A stretch of DNA of 64,000 bases, taken from positions 9,530-73,529 of the forward strand of contig QCFI01000004.1 in the NCBI GenBank assembly GCA_003280295.1, in the 5' to 3' direction. This DNA comes from Prochlorococcus sp. AG-363-C20. Lineage in GTDB: Bacteria; Cyanobacteriota; Cyanobacteriia; PCC-6307; Cyanobiaceae. Positions 10,366 through 20,556 of this stretch are shown piece by piece. The notes beneath the pieces were generated by a model. The model did no database searches and was not told the DNA's origin. It was given only the letters and a program-made list of their open reading frames with translations. The stretch's first letter is position 1; each line of letters opens with the position of its first letter. The position numbers were made by a program, and so were the translations under genes.

Positions 10366-11784
10366 GTGATGGATTTTGGCCTGAAGACGATTCATGGATT
10401 CCTCTATTTAAATGCTCCTCATAGCTTTGGGTTGGCAATAGGATTATTTTGCTTTTTTGGTCTCCTTTTAAGCTTTGGACGACGTTTTGAACCAGCATTG
10501 CGCTTGGAACGCTTGGGAGTTCCAATCGCTCTTTTAGCTGGAAGCTTGACGCTTTTTGTAGGCCCCTATGGCCAAGTCCCTTTGCTCCCTGAAAGTGTCA
10601 CTGATATTTGGGTGAAGCTACCTGCACCTCTTTTGACATTGGTTTTTGCGACATTGATGTTAGGTCGACCAATTCCACGTGGAAAGGGTTTGTGGAAACC
10701 AATTGCTTCTCAGACATTGGTAGGACTTTTACTTGGCTTTGGCCAATATTTAGTAGGTGGCTTGGCGGTACTGTTTATTTTGATCCCTTATTTGGGTGTC
10801 AACCCTTTAATGGGCTGCCTAATAGAAGTTGGATTTGAAGGGGGGCATGGTGCTGCTGCTGTCATGGGCAAAAGTTTTTCAAACTTCGGATTTCCTCAAG
10901 GTTTAGACCTTGGTCTAGCAATGGCAACAGTGGGATTACTTTCTTCCACTGTCTTAGGGAGTTTTCTTGTTGTAGTAGGACGTTGGCGTGGATGGGTTGT
11001 CTCTGAGCCCTTAGCGGAACTTGAAAATGGAGGGAATCTAGAGGATTCAATTAGTTTTTTGCAAAAACTTTCAGACCTGCTCGTTAACCTCGCTTTTGTT
11101 GGGTTTGCTGTCCTTTTTGGAGTGGTAACACTTTTTGTATTAAGGCAAATAGCTCCATTCTTTGGAGATGTTTTTCAAGAAGTTCTTTTGGTCTTTCCTG
11201 TTTTTCCCTTAGCGTTGTTGGGATCTTTGTTGATTCGCTATTTATTAGAAGTAAGTGGTCATACATCTTTGATATCAGAATATATTCAGCGTGATATTGC
11301 CACTCTTGCAACGGATCTTCTTATTACTACTGCTACGGCAAGTGTGAATTTGCCTCTACTGATGAATGATTGGTTGCCACTCACAATACTTGCAGTTTCA
11401 GGCCTAACTTGGAATTTCGCAGGAATGTTCCTCTTCTCCAGATTAACTTTTAGAGAAGAATGGTTTGAACGCTCAATTGCGGAGTTTGGTAATGCGACTG
11501 GAGTTGCAGCTAGTGGAGTTTTATTGCTCAGGCTTGCTGACCCTAAAAACTTGACAAGTACATTGCCAATTTTTTCATCTACTCGATTACTTTTGCAGCC
11601 TTTACTTTCCGGAGGGCTAGTTACTGTTATTGCGCCAATTGCTGTAGTAAGAATTGGTCTCAAAGGATGGACAGAAGTTTGTGGTTTGCTAACGATCTTA
11701 TTTATTTTACTTGCATTTTTAATCCAGAATAGCTTCCCTGAAGCTGAAATGAGTTCTATGAAAGGATTTGAGCATTCTGTATAG
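10366..11784 (+). CDS. gltS: Sodium/glutamate symporter
   Basis: Polytopic membrane protein; GFEGGHGAAA and FGNATG re-entrant motifs. Confidence 0.88.
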   Translation: MMDFGLKTIHGFLYLNAPHSFGLAIGLFCFFGLLLSFGRRFEPALRLERLGVPIALLAGSLTLFVGPYGQVPLLPESVTDIWVKLPAPLLTLVFATLMLGRPIPRGKGLWKPIASQTLVGLLLGFGQYLVGGLAVLFILIPYLGVNPLMGCLIEVGFEGGHGAAAVMGKSFSNFGFPQGLDLGLAMATVGLLSSTVLGSFLVVVGRWRGWVVSEPLAELENGGNLEDSISFLQKLSDLLVNLAFVGFAVLFGVVTLFVLRQIAPFFGDVFQEVLLVFPVFPLALLGSLLIRYLLEVSGHTSLISEYIQRDIATLATDLLITTATASVNLPLLMNDWLPLTILAVSGLTWNFAGMFLFSRLTFREEWFERSIAEFGNATGVAASGVLLLRLADPKNLTSTLPIFSSTRLLLQPLLSGGLVTVIAPIAVVRIGLKGWTEVCGLLTILFILLAFLIQNSFPEAEMSSMKGFEHSV

Positions 11785-11829
11785 AACTGATTTCCTTCAA
11801 TAGATACTTTTTTCTTAAAACAGTTTTTA

Positions 11830-12090
11830 ATGAATAGAAGATTCCCCCAAGATGTTCCACCTCAAGAATCAAGAGAAAAATGGTTTAAGAGCCACTTGCT
11901 TGGTCGTGAGATTGAATTAAGAGAGCTTTATGAATTACCACAAAATGAGTTAGATTTGTTAATGGCTGAGACGGCTGAACTTCGTAGTGATCCAGACAAT
12001 AGAGATAGGAACTTAGGCAAATATTGTACTGCTGGCTATTTTCTAGAATTATCTAAGATTATTGATAGACGAAGATTTATGGAGAACTAG
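11830..12090 (+). CDS. Conserved picocyanobacterial hypothetical protein
   Basis: 86-aa ORF with WF.SHLLGRE.EL.ELY and CTAGYFLEL. Confidence 0.8.
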   Translation: MNRRFPQDVPPQESREKWFKSHLLGREIELRELYELPQNELDLLMAETAELRSDPDNRDRNLGKYCTAGYFLELSKIIDRRRFMEN

Positions 12091-12369
12091 TTAGAAGGTT
12101 AAACTTCTAAACCAATTCAAAATAGTTTATTTTAGAAATATTTTAATGTTAAAGGGGAAGTTCTATTTCGCTATTTATCAGCCTTAGTTGATAAAGATAA
12201 AAAGCATATATCCCATCAATGCATGATATATTGGAGCACCTGGTTTGCAAAACATAGCAAAGAGCCTATTGCACGCGAAGCTAAATAGCGGCATAACTAT
12301 GCTATTGCGATAACTCTTGTGAAACTTAAAATCAAAACTCAGAACAATAAAAAATTATCTTGATTAACC

Positions 12370-12618
12370 ATGAATTTTGTTAACTATCTGCATTTTGTTG
12401 AACCTATGCAGGAACAATTCACGAAAGTATATTCGACGATGTCGGCAATAATTGCGGTGATACTTATTCTTTGGCTTTTAAATTTTATAGCAGGACTTAT
12501 TCAAAGAACATATGTAATTGGAAAAGCTTTTGGTGGTTTCTATCGGAATTACCTTCACGGTTATATAAAAGGTTTATTTGTTAAAATATCTTCTCTATCA
12601 AAAGAAACAAAAGCCTAG
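12370..12618 (+). CDS. Hypothetical single-TM protein
   Basis: ORF track; one hydrophobic helix. Confidence 0.65.
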   Translation: MNFVNYLHFVEPMQEQFTKVYSTMSAIIAVILILWLLNFIAGLIQRTYVIGKAFGGFYRNYLHGYIKGLFVKISSLSKETKA

Positions 12619-12688
12619 GTAAAGCTCCTAGAAAATAAATAAGGTTCTGTTGTTAATGGAACTTCAGCACTTAAAAAAACAAACGAAG

Positions 12689-12725
12689 ACTAGCTCACCT
12701 GATTGCTTGAAACAAGTGAGCTAGT
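12689..12725. terminator. Hairpin between convergent genes
   Basis: ACTAGCTCAC...GTGAGCTAGT 10-bp stem; T-rich tail on the minus strand. Confidence 0.6.
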
Positions 12726-12756
12726 GACCTAGTAAGAGTTTCTTAGCTCCTGAAAA

Positions 12757-12948
12757 TCAACCTCCAGTGAGAGTGGAAACAACGCTAACTACTGCAACGA
12801 TCAGTCCGCCCCACTTAATAACTGGCTGAGAATTGTCATATGAGGTCGCTACGAGGATAGCGGCCAGGTTGATAACGACGAAATCAATACCCATGAGAAC
12901 GGTTAGAACAACTTCAATTTTGTAGCAGGTAATACAGTCTGTGTCCAT
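12757..12948 (-). CDS. 63-aa two-TM protein with N-terminal CxxC
   Basis: ATG at 12948, MDTDCITCYKIEVV...; hairpin downstream. Confidence 0.7.
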   Translation of the reverse strand: MDTDCITCYKIEVVLTVLMGIDFVVINLAAILVATSYDNSQPVIKWGGLIVAVVSVVSTLTGG

Positions 12949-13370
12949 AATTATTAAGCAAAAAAAGGTCAATTGAGACTCTTAATGCCAAAAATTATTC
13001 ACTTTAGGCCCTTAGATTTACTTTATTTGAATCTTAAAACTCTTATTGCCTTGATCCATTTTTAAAAGGCTAATCTAAAGATATTTTGCAATTTTATTGA
13101 AATTAAAACTAAAATAAATCACTAATTTAGTTTCTTTTCTTTTTACGATGCAAAATATCAGCCTTTATAGATATCTACTTGATTTATTAATAATAAAACT
13201 ATAATATTATAAACTGTACCTTATTTTTGATTTATCTTTATTAAGTAATGATTTAGGAGGATGGTGTTTTTACTGTAAATAGCCGCTTGTTTGATGCTAA
13301 ATTTCCTCTTCTTTTACATAATAAACTTCATTTACTGGAGACCTTTTGATTAATATTTTTTAACTTCTCT

Positions 13371-14078
13371 TTATGTCTCAAGATTACAGTTCACTGCGAT
13401 CTCAAATGGAATACAGCTATTAGGTAAATTTAGTAATGTACTGCTAAAAGAAGCAATATCATTTGGTTGTGTCATCTTATCTTTGCTGATTGAATTAATC
13501 CCTTCTGCCATATCTGTATTTACCCAGCTGGGACAGATAGCTGTAACTCTTACTCCTTTTTCCCAGCCTTCATTCCTAATGGTTTGACAAAGTCCCATTA
13601 AGGCAAATTTGCTCATTGAATAACCTGCAAGATTCCCTTTTGATCTTTTCCCACTTAGAGAGACCAGGAAGATAACTCTCCCTTCTCCATGATTTGAAAT
13701 TGGTTCCCATGCTTCTTTAGTAAGAAACCAAGGGGCCATTAGATTTATTCTCCAAAGCTCTTCAACGTCCTTTTGTTCTTCATCTGCAAATAAAAATTTT
13801 GTTTTATGTAATATTCCGGCACAATTGATTAAGCTATCAAATTGTTTGAAATGTTCTAACGTAGAACTTATCCATACTTTTGCCGTCTCAGGCTTATGGG
13901 CTTCATAATGATTTAGAAGAACTCTGTCAGACCCAGTAATCTTGGGGTCTAGCTTTGTTCCCTTGACACTTTTTAAATTTCTAAGTCCTAAACTGACTCT
14001 ATGGCCATCATTTAATGCTCTTAAGGCAATAGATTTTCCGATGCCTCTACTAGCACCACTGATTAGAATTGTCCTCAC
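13371..14078 (-). CDS. Short-chain dehydrogenase/reductase
   Basis: SGASRGIG, NCAG, YSMSK. Confidence 0.92.
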   Translation of the reverse strand: MRTILISGASRGIGKSIALRALNDGHRVSLGLRNLKSVKGTKLDPKITGSDRVLLNHYEAHKPETAKVWISSTLEHFKQFDSLINCAGILHKTKFLFADEEQKDVEELWRINLMAPWFLTKEAWEPISNHGEGRVIFLVSLSGKRSKGNLAGYSMSKFALMGLCQTIRNEGWEKGVRVTAICPSWVNTDMAEGINSISKDKMTQPNDIASFSSTLLNLPNSCIPFEIAVNCNLET

Positions 14079-15364
14079 TTTTTAATTTGTGGTCTGAGAA
14101 ATTGCCAGAGAAGATAAAGTTCTCTTCCTTGCATTCCCATTAGCCCCCAACGTACATTCCATGGGGCCTTTAGAAACATTATCCACATTGCTTTTACTAA
14201 ATCACTAAGACTTAAAGTATTGGTTAGAAATCCATACCATTGCTTGCTTGGAAGAGCGAAGAATCCAATAAAAAAGTCTCTTAGTTGTGATTCTTCGAAT
14301 CGCATAAGCTTCTCTAATCCAAATTGATAGAGAGCTTGTTTTCGTCTTAGTTCTGGTGGCCAAAGAGCAGCCCATCCTTTTGAAGCAATTGCGGCTGGCG
14401 AAGCATTTGGGTCAAATAATGCTTTTGCTATAACCTTCGCGACAGTTGGAGATCTTCTAAGAAGTCCACCAACCATATATCCTGAGGCGGGGTGAACCAT
14501 AGCGGCGGCTCCACCAAAACCCAGAACAGGTTGTTGTAAGTCTGGGAGTGGCATATTCATAGGAAGGTACAAACCAAGCTCTTCATGTTCAAGAGCTGTT
14601 ATCTCTAGGTTCCTATGTGCTAGTCGTCTCTTAAGACGAGATTGCAAAGTTTCTAAAGTAACTGGAGGACTAAGACCTAAAGAGGTTTCTTCTAAAAAGA
14701 ATCTGCCATTACCTAGGTCCATAGCATATAAAAATGTTGGAGGTTTTTCCTTTTCTTCAGGACTTAAATGATCACATCTATAATCCATTAAAACGAATTG
14801 CCCTTCTTCGACAGGAGGTGTATTGAAACGGCCCACTACTCCATAACAAGTTTGAATAGCTATAGGCCAGTTTTTTGAAGCTTTGAGAAAGACAGGTTCA
14901 TATCCAGTGGCATCTATTAAAAGTCTGGCTTTAAATTTTATTCCTTCTGTTGTAGTTACGGTGCAGATCAGATCATCTATTTCAAGATTATGAGCTATAC
15001 CTCTATGCCATTTAACTGCTGCTTCTTCACATTGTTTTATCCAGTAATGTTGTAATTTCCTTTTGTCAAAAAGGCCATAATCACAACCATGTTTTGTAGG
15101 TTTGTTTTCGTCTGCTCTTGGTTGAGCAGATCCGGCTCCGAAAAAACTTACCGTATTTTTCCAGCGATGTTCTAATAGGTCCTGTAGTCCAAGTTCATCG
15201 ACCTCTTCTCCCCATATACCGTAGGTATATGGCCAAGGCGCTTTGTGGTCATTAGATGAAAGCACTTCTACTCGCAGCTTTTCCTTGCCAAGTGCTGCTG
15301 TAATTGCCAAGGCGCCCGGCCCAGCTCCGAGCACTAGGACATCGATAGATGCCCTATTTCTCAT
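14075..15364 (-). CDS. crtL: Lycopene cyclase, CrtL type (probably the epsilon/beta cyclase)
   Basis: GAGPG FAD motif, YGIW.EE, FLYAMD, FLEETSL, HPASGY; epsilon assignment from recalled synteny only. Confidence 0.92.
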   Translation of the reverse strand: MRNRASIDVLVLGAGPGALAITAALGKEKLRVEVLSSNDHKAPWPYTYGIWGEEVDELGLQDLLEHRWKNTVSFFGAGSAQPRADENKPTKHGCDYGLFDKRKLQHYWIKQCEEAAVKWHRGIAHNLEIDDLICTVTTTEGIKFKARLLIDATGYEPVFLKASKNWPIAIQTCYGVVGRFNTPPVEEGQFVLMDYRCDHLSPEEKEKPPTFLYAMDLGNGRFFLEETSLGLSPPVTLETLQSRLKRRLAHRNLEITALEHEELGLYLPMNMPLPDLQQPVLGFGGAAAMVHPASGYMVGGLLRRSPTVAKVIAKALFDPNASPAAIASKGWAALWPPELRRKQALYQFGLEKLMRFEESQLRDFFIGFFALPSKQWYGFLTNTLSLSDLVKAMWIMFLKAPWNVRWGLMGMQGRELYLLWQFLRPQIKK

Positions 15365-15919
15365 TTTTGTACCTATAAAGAAGAATTTTGTAATATCTCT
15401 GCATCATTGTTGGGGGCGGAGCAAGAAAGTATCCAGTGGACAATTGAGATGTGTCTTTGATTACCATTGGCACCTTCAGTGCGCACGTTTTGAGGTTACC
15501 TCGTTTTGGTCAAATTAAATCGAACTTAGTGCACCTTTAGTTTAACTATTTAACCTTCATATTCAGGAGTCTGGTCAAATCTCCCTTGCATCTTCATGAC
15601 TCAACTTAGCCTTGCTTCGCCATGCACTCATTCCTTAAATACCTTGAATATAAAGATTCATCTACTTTTTGTTTTTTTGAGACTCCAAAGTTTTGAGATA
15701 AGCTTATGACTATTGGGCATATTTATAATTTCTTTTGCAATGAAATGTTTTTTTAGGAGATTTTAAGAAGAAAGAATCATCTGTCTTGTATTTAAGATGC
15801 TATCGAGATCACTTTGGCATGTTTCATAATGAGTATTATTATATACTTGGAAGTGATATAGTTGGTTGATAACATGTTAAGCTTTTTTTTCTATTTTACT
15901 CTTTATTTCTTCTTATATT

Positions 15920-16957
15920 TTGTTCATGGAAGAATCTATTAAAAAGGTAAAACATGAAAATGGCTTCACGTTTATTACTGGAGCAAGCTCAGGCATAGGT
16001 TATGCTGCGGCATTGAATTTGCTGAATTCTGGTTATAGATTAATTCTTCCTTGTCGAAATTCGCTTGCCTCAAAGCGACTATTGCAAAACCTAAAAAATA
16101 ACTTGTTAAAAGGTATTGATATCTCTGAGAGAGTTATTGCTCCTGTTCTTGACTTGTCAGATTTAAATAGCATTTTAAAGAGTACTAACAGATTGCTCCA
16201 GAGCGGAGAAACTATCGATAATCTAATCCTTAATGCTGGCTTGCAATATACTGGTTCTAAAGAACCAAGACTGTCTTCACAGAATTATGAATTAACATTT
16301 GCTGTAAATCATTTAGGGCATCAATATCTAGTTGAACGTATACTTCCTCTACTTTTAAAATCAAAATCACCTCGAGTTATAATAACAGCATCAGAGGTTC
16401 ACAATCCTGAAGCCCCTGGAGGTAAATTTGGTAAGCCTGCTTGCCTTGGTAAATTGCAAGGTTTAGAAGAAGGAAAAGCTGCTTCAATGATAGATGGCTT
16501 TTCTAAATTCAATGCTGATAAGGCCTATAAAGATAGTAAATTATGCAATCTACTTTTTGCACAAGAATTGTATAGACGTTTGGAGTCTAGAGGTTTTCAT
16601 ATCCCTGTGATTGCCTGGGCTCCAGGATTAGTTATTCCACGAAACAGTCATGGTTTTTTTCGTCACAGCAGGAAATATAATGAATTTGGACAGCGTCTTT
16701 TTGCCTTAATAGTAAGAGACGTATTGCAGATTACCGAAACCACAGTGAAAGCAGGAGAATTGCTTAAGAGTTTGGTTACTGAACCTGAATATAGTAAGCC
16801 TGGATTTAGCTACTTTAGTAATAAAGTTATTAGGCCTGGGAAAAGAATTTTCAATAGGACTGAGCCTAGTGCAGAGGCAAACGATCTCCAGTTAGCAGGA
16901 TTATTATGGAAAAAAACCTTTTGCCTTTATAGAGATTATATAAATATGGAAAATTAA
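15920..16957 (+). CDS. SDR, protochlorophyllide-reductase-like paralog
   Basis: TGASSGIG, FAVNHLGH, AYKDSKLCN. Confidence 0.85.
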   Translation: MFMEESIKKVKHENGFTFITGASSGIGYAAALNLLNSGYRLILPCRNSLASKRLLQNLKNNLLKGIDISERVIAPVLDLSDLNSILKSTNRLLQSGETIDNLILNAGLQYTGSKEPRLSSQNYELTFAVNHLGHQYLVERILPLLLKSKSPRVIITASEVHNPEAPGGKFGKPACLGKLQGLEEGKAASMIDGFSKFNADKAYKDSKLCNLLFAQELYRRLESRGFHIPVIAWAPGLVIPRNSHGFFRHSRKYNEFGQRLFALIVRDVLQITETTVKAGELLKSLVTEPEYSKPGFSYFSNKVIRPGKRIFNRTEPSAEANDLQLAGLLWKKTFCLYRDYINMEN

Positions 16958-17179
16958 TTAAAGAGATAGATAAGATATCTAATAACACTAATTGTAGTCT
17001 AGAGTTATAGCTAAATCGTTAAACCATTTAATATTTTGGAAGACTTATGCTATCGCCTATTTGGATATAAAATTTTGAACTTGATTTAAAAAGATATGAA
17101 AATAAAAAAAACTATTAAATGTTAAAAGGTTTATTAGGTTTTAGATTTTTTAATCGTTTAAATCTCCAAAAGTCTGAAC

Positions 17180-18220
17180 TTACTGTTTAATATCTTTTTC
17201 TTCAGACTTGCTTAAATGTAGTGTTTGAGTTGGGAAAGCAAAGCTTATTTTATTCTCTTCAAATTTTTTCATTATTTCAAGATTAACTTTTTGCTGAGCC
17301 TCCATTGCTCGTAAATAATTACTTGTTGGTATATAATAAACTAATTCGAAATCTAGACTGAAATTGCCAAACTCAACAAAATGGCAGCGATCAAATATAA
17401 CATCTTCTGTTGAATCTACTATCAATTTGATTATATTTGGTATCTCCTTCATTTTGGAATATGGTGTCTCATAAATTACACCTAATTTATGAACTAATCT
17501 TCTATACTCCATCTCTCCATAATTGGAGATTTTCCCATTTGTTAGAGCGCTGTTACTCATTACAATAACTTCTCCATTTATGCTTCTTAAACGAGTTGAC
17601 CGGACACCAACTCTCTCTACTGAAGCCCAGATACCATCAACATTTATAAATTGTCCATTTTCAAAAGGCTTGTCTAAAAGTATGGTTATATATTCAAAAA
17701 ATTCTTGTACAGGTTCCTTTAAGGCGAGTCCGGCCCCTATCCCTCCTGCACTTAATAGAGCCCAAATTGCTGCCATTTGAACACCCATATTTTGAAGATA
17801 GAAAATTAAACCTATGCACCAAACAAGAGCTCGAAACATTGGCCTAAGTGATCGAAGCATTGTGCTAATTGAAGTGTCATCAATTTTCAAAGACCAACTT
17901 TCTATTAAACGGAGTATTACCTTATTGATTAACCTAACTAAAAGTATTAGACAGGCTAATTTTATTATTCCGACTATAGCCGCACTAATTTCATTTTCTA
18001 TAGGTAAAATTTTCCAAGCAATTGAACTACTTATAAGTATTCCTAGAGGCTTGGCTGTATTTAAAATGATTTTAAGAATAAAGTCATCAGTTTGACTTTT
18101 AGTTCTAGTAGTTATTCGGCCAAGAACTATCTTAGCAACACGAACAGCTAATAAGGTAAGTATGGTGCCAACAACAAATGTAGCAAGAGAAGTTAGAAGG
18201 GGCCTATAAAAAGCATCCAT
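17180..18220 (-). CDS. mscS: Small-conductance mechanosensitive channel
   Basis: GIGAGLALKE, DKPF..G, VERVGVRST, FAFPTQT. Confidence 0.93.
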   Translation of the reverse strand: MDAFYRPLLTSLATFVVGTILTLLAVRVAKIVLGRITTRTKSQTDDFILKIILNTAKPLGILISSSIAWKILPIENEISAAIVGIIKLACLILLVRLINKVILRLIESWSLKIDDTSISTMLRSLRPMFRALVWCIGLIFYLQNMGVQMAAIWALLSAGGIGAGLALKEPVQEFFEYITILLDKPFENGQFINVDGIWASVERVGVRSTRLRSINGEVIVMSNSALTNGKISNYGEMEYRRLVHKLGVIYETPYSKMKEIPNIIKLIVDSTEDVIFDRCHFVEFGNFSLDFELVYYIPTSNYLRAMEAQQKVNLEIMKKFEENKISFAFPTQTLHLSKSEEKDIKQ

Positions 18221-18305
18221 TTCTTCTGGCTTTAATTAATTACTACTTTGCCTCTTAATTGGCCTTTATGCTAGTTTTGTTGATAAACTATTAACTTTAA
18301 AATAA

Positions 18306-18851
18306 TTAGACTTTGCTTGCTTTTATTAGCCTGCTAATTTGCTTGAATTCAACTCGATCAGCACTTTTGCACCATTCAAAGATTATTGATTCAGATGTTG
18401 AAATAATAGCTCCCGCACATTCTAATCTTCTAATCGACACCTCATGATCGATTGAGTCTTGGCTATTGACTGCATCAATGGCAATGTAAACTCTAAATCC
18501 CTTTTTAATAAGATCTAGTGCGGTTTGTTGAACACATATATGTGTTTCAATCCCACATAGAACAATGTTTGCAAAAGTTTGACCTTCTAAAACTCTCATT
18601 AACATTTCACACTTGGCGCAACTAAAAGATAATTTTGAGTATCTAATATCCTTATCTTTATCTAGAAGATAGTCTATTGTTTCTCCTAATTTATCCGGGT
18701 TTTGTTCGGTAAAAAACTTTTTAATATTAAGTATTTTACAGGCTTCAATTAGTTTTATTATGTTGGCTAAAATCTTTTCTTGTTGAGTTATTGGCTTTAT
18801 AAGCTTCTTTTGAACATCAATTACTAAAAGCGCAGTATCATGATCTTCCAT
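18306..18851 (-). CDS. Isochorismatase-family hydrolase
   Basis: LLVIDVQ, TEQNP, K..FS, GIETHICVQQT. Confidence 0.92.
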   Translation of the reverse strand: MEDHDTALLVIDVQKKLIKPITQQEKILANIIKLIEACKILNIKKFFTEQNPDKLGETIDYLLDKDKDIRYSKLSFSCAKCEMLMRVLEGQTFANIVLCGIETHICVQQTALDLIKKGFRVYIAIDAVNSQDSIDHEVSIRRLECAGAIISTSESIIFEWCKSADRVEFKQISRLIKASKV

Positions 18852-18997
18852 GTGTTAGATGAGACTTGCCTTGTTGAATTGCTAATAATAATATTGTTTA
18901 TATATTAAAAGCCTCCTGATGTAGGTGGTTACTCTTTATACCTTATTACTTAATAACAATCTTACTATTCACTCTCATTAGCCGTTATTATTGAGAA

Positions 18998-19477
18998 ATG
19001 AACAAGGTGAAAGCTTTGCTCGCTTCTTCTCCATTAAAGCAATATGGCCGGCCTTTAGAGGTTGGATTACATCAAGAAGGAAGACGTTTGACTCCTCAGA
19101 GAAGGAAAATACTTGACCTATTTGAAAATAGTGGATCAGGTAACCATCTCAGTGCCGAAGACGTTCATCATCTACTACTAGAAGCAAAGTCACGAGTTTC
19201 GTTAGCCACTATTTATCGAACCCTGCGCTTGTTAGTAGAAATGGGATTCCTTTATGAACTCGAGTTGAGTGAAGGGGGCCATCGATTTGAATTAGCTAGC
19301 AATGATCATCCTGATCATCATCATTTGGTGTGCGTTCGTTGTGGTCGAACAGAAGAATTTGAAAATGAGCAAGTAATTCAGGCTGGAAGGATAGCAGCAG
19401 AAAAAAATGGGTTTAAACTTATTGAATCGACCTTAAATGTTCGGGCTCTTTGTCCAGGCTGTCAACACAATAATTAA
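18998..19477 (+). CDS. fur: Ferric uptake regulator
   Basis: RLTPQR, HLSAED, SLATIYRTL, HHHLVC..C, C-terminal CxxC. Confidence 0.95.
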   Translation: MNKVKALLASSPLKQYGRPLEVGLHQEGRRLTPQRRKILDLFENSGSGNHLSAEDVHHLLLEAKSRVSLATIYRTLRLLVEMGFLYELELSEGGHRFELASNDHPDHHHLVCVRCGRTEEFENEQVIQAGRIAAEKNGFKLIESTLNVRALCPGCQHNN

Positions 19478-19499
19478 CTATAACTGGCTTTTGTCAGTA

Positions 19500-20489
19500 T
19501 CATTTCCCTAAAGCACCACTACAACTAGAGCCACTTCCAGCGGTACATCCATAACAGTGCTCGTCTGTATTTATGGATTGCCCTTTTAGGTCCAAATTTT
19601 GAGAAGCGAGATCCCTAATATGATTGGCTTTTCCATTTATTTTCATTCCTAATTGCTGGTTGAAATCACAATCAAATAAAGTGCCTTGCCAATCAACACT
19701 TATCAGTGTTTTACACATGACATTTTCAAGATTTTCTGGATTATGCTTTTCTTTAAGTAATTTCGTGTACCCCTCTAATTCTCCTGAATTGGCAAGTTGA
19801 GCTGCGAAACGTTTTATTGGCATATTTGCCAATGTGTACAGATTATTAAAACATATGCCAAAATTTGTATACAATTCTTTTCGGTAAACTTCTTCCAACT
19901 TTGCTTGTGAGGGAGGCAAATTAGGCCCTAGTGGGTTATACACTAAATTTAGTTTTAAATTTGTCTCCTCTTGCCCATAGCCTAGACTATTTAATTGTTT
20001 TAATCCAAGAATACTTCTTTCAAAGACTCCATGTCCACGCTGTTTATCTACATTTTCTTTTGAATAACAGGGCAATGAGGCGATTATATTTACATTGTGA
20101 TCAGCTAAAAAAACGCCTAGCTCTTCATGGCCAGGCTCATTTAGAATAGTCAAATTACATCGATCTATTATTTCTACACCAAGACTGCTTGCTTTAATAA
20201 CTAAATCCTTAAATAGTGGATGAATCTCTGGTGCTCCTCCAGTTAGATCTAAGATGTTTATATTATAGAGTTTAAGCACTTTTGGTATTAATTTGATTGT
20301 CTCATTGTCCATCATTTCTTTTCTTTCAGGACCAGCATTTACATGACAATGAGAGCACCTTTGATTACACTTGTAGCCAATATTGACTTGTAAAGTAGTC
20401 AAAACTTCTCTATGGAGATTTGGAAAATGAATTGTTTCCACAAAAAAAACTCTTTCACGCAATACAAATTTATAGATATATCTTAGCAT
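19500..20489 (-). CDS. arsS: Radical SAM protein, ArsS family (Cys form)
   Basis: CNQRCSHC, LTGGAPE, DCDFNQ, HCYGCTAG.GSSC; true start probably near VETIHFP. Confidence 0.88.
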   Translation of the reverse strand: MLRYIYKFVLRERVFFVETIHFPNLHREVLTTLQVNIGYKCNQRCSHCHVNAGPERKEMMDNETIKLIPKVLKLYNINILDLTGGAPEIHPLFKDLVIKASSLGVEIIDRCNLTILNEPGHEELGVFLADHNVNIIASLPCYSKENVDKQRGHGVFERSILGLKQLNSLGYGQEETNLKLNLVYNPLGPNLPPSQAKLEEVYRKELYTNFGICFNNLYTLANMPIKRFAAQLANSGELEGYTKLLKEKHNPENLENVMCKTLISVDWQGTLFDCDFNQQLGMKINGKANHIRDLASQNLDLKGQSINTDEHCYGCTAGSGSSCSGALGK

Positions 20490-20556
20490 CTGATTGACAT
20501 TATCCTTGGAAGACGAATATTAATGGGATTTATTGCCTATATAATAATTCTCAATG

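Noticed and set aside
18870-18995. Fur box upstream of fur
   Set aside because: AAT-rich repeats are present, but I could not fix a clean 7-1-7 or 19-bp match.
19500-19540. Possible selenocysteine in the ArsS C-terminus
   Set aside because: The codon is TGT (Cys) and there is no in-frame TGA before the stop.
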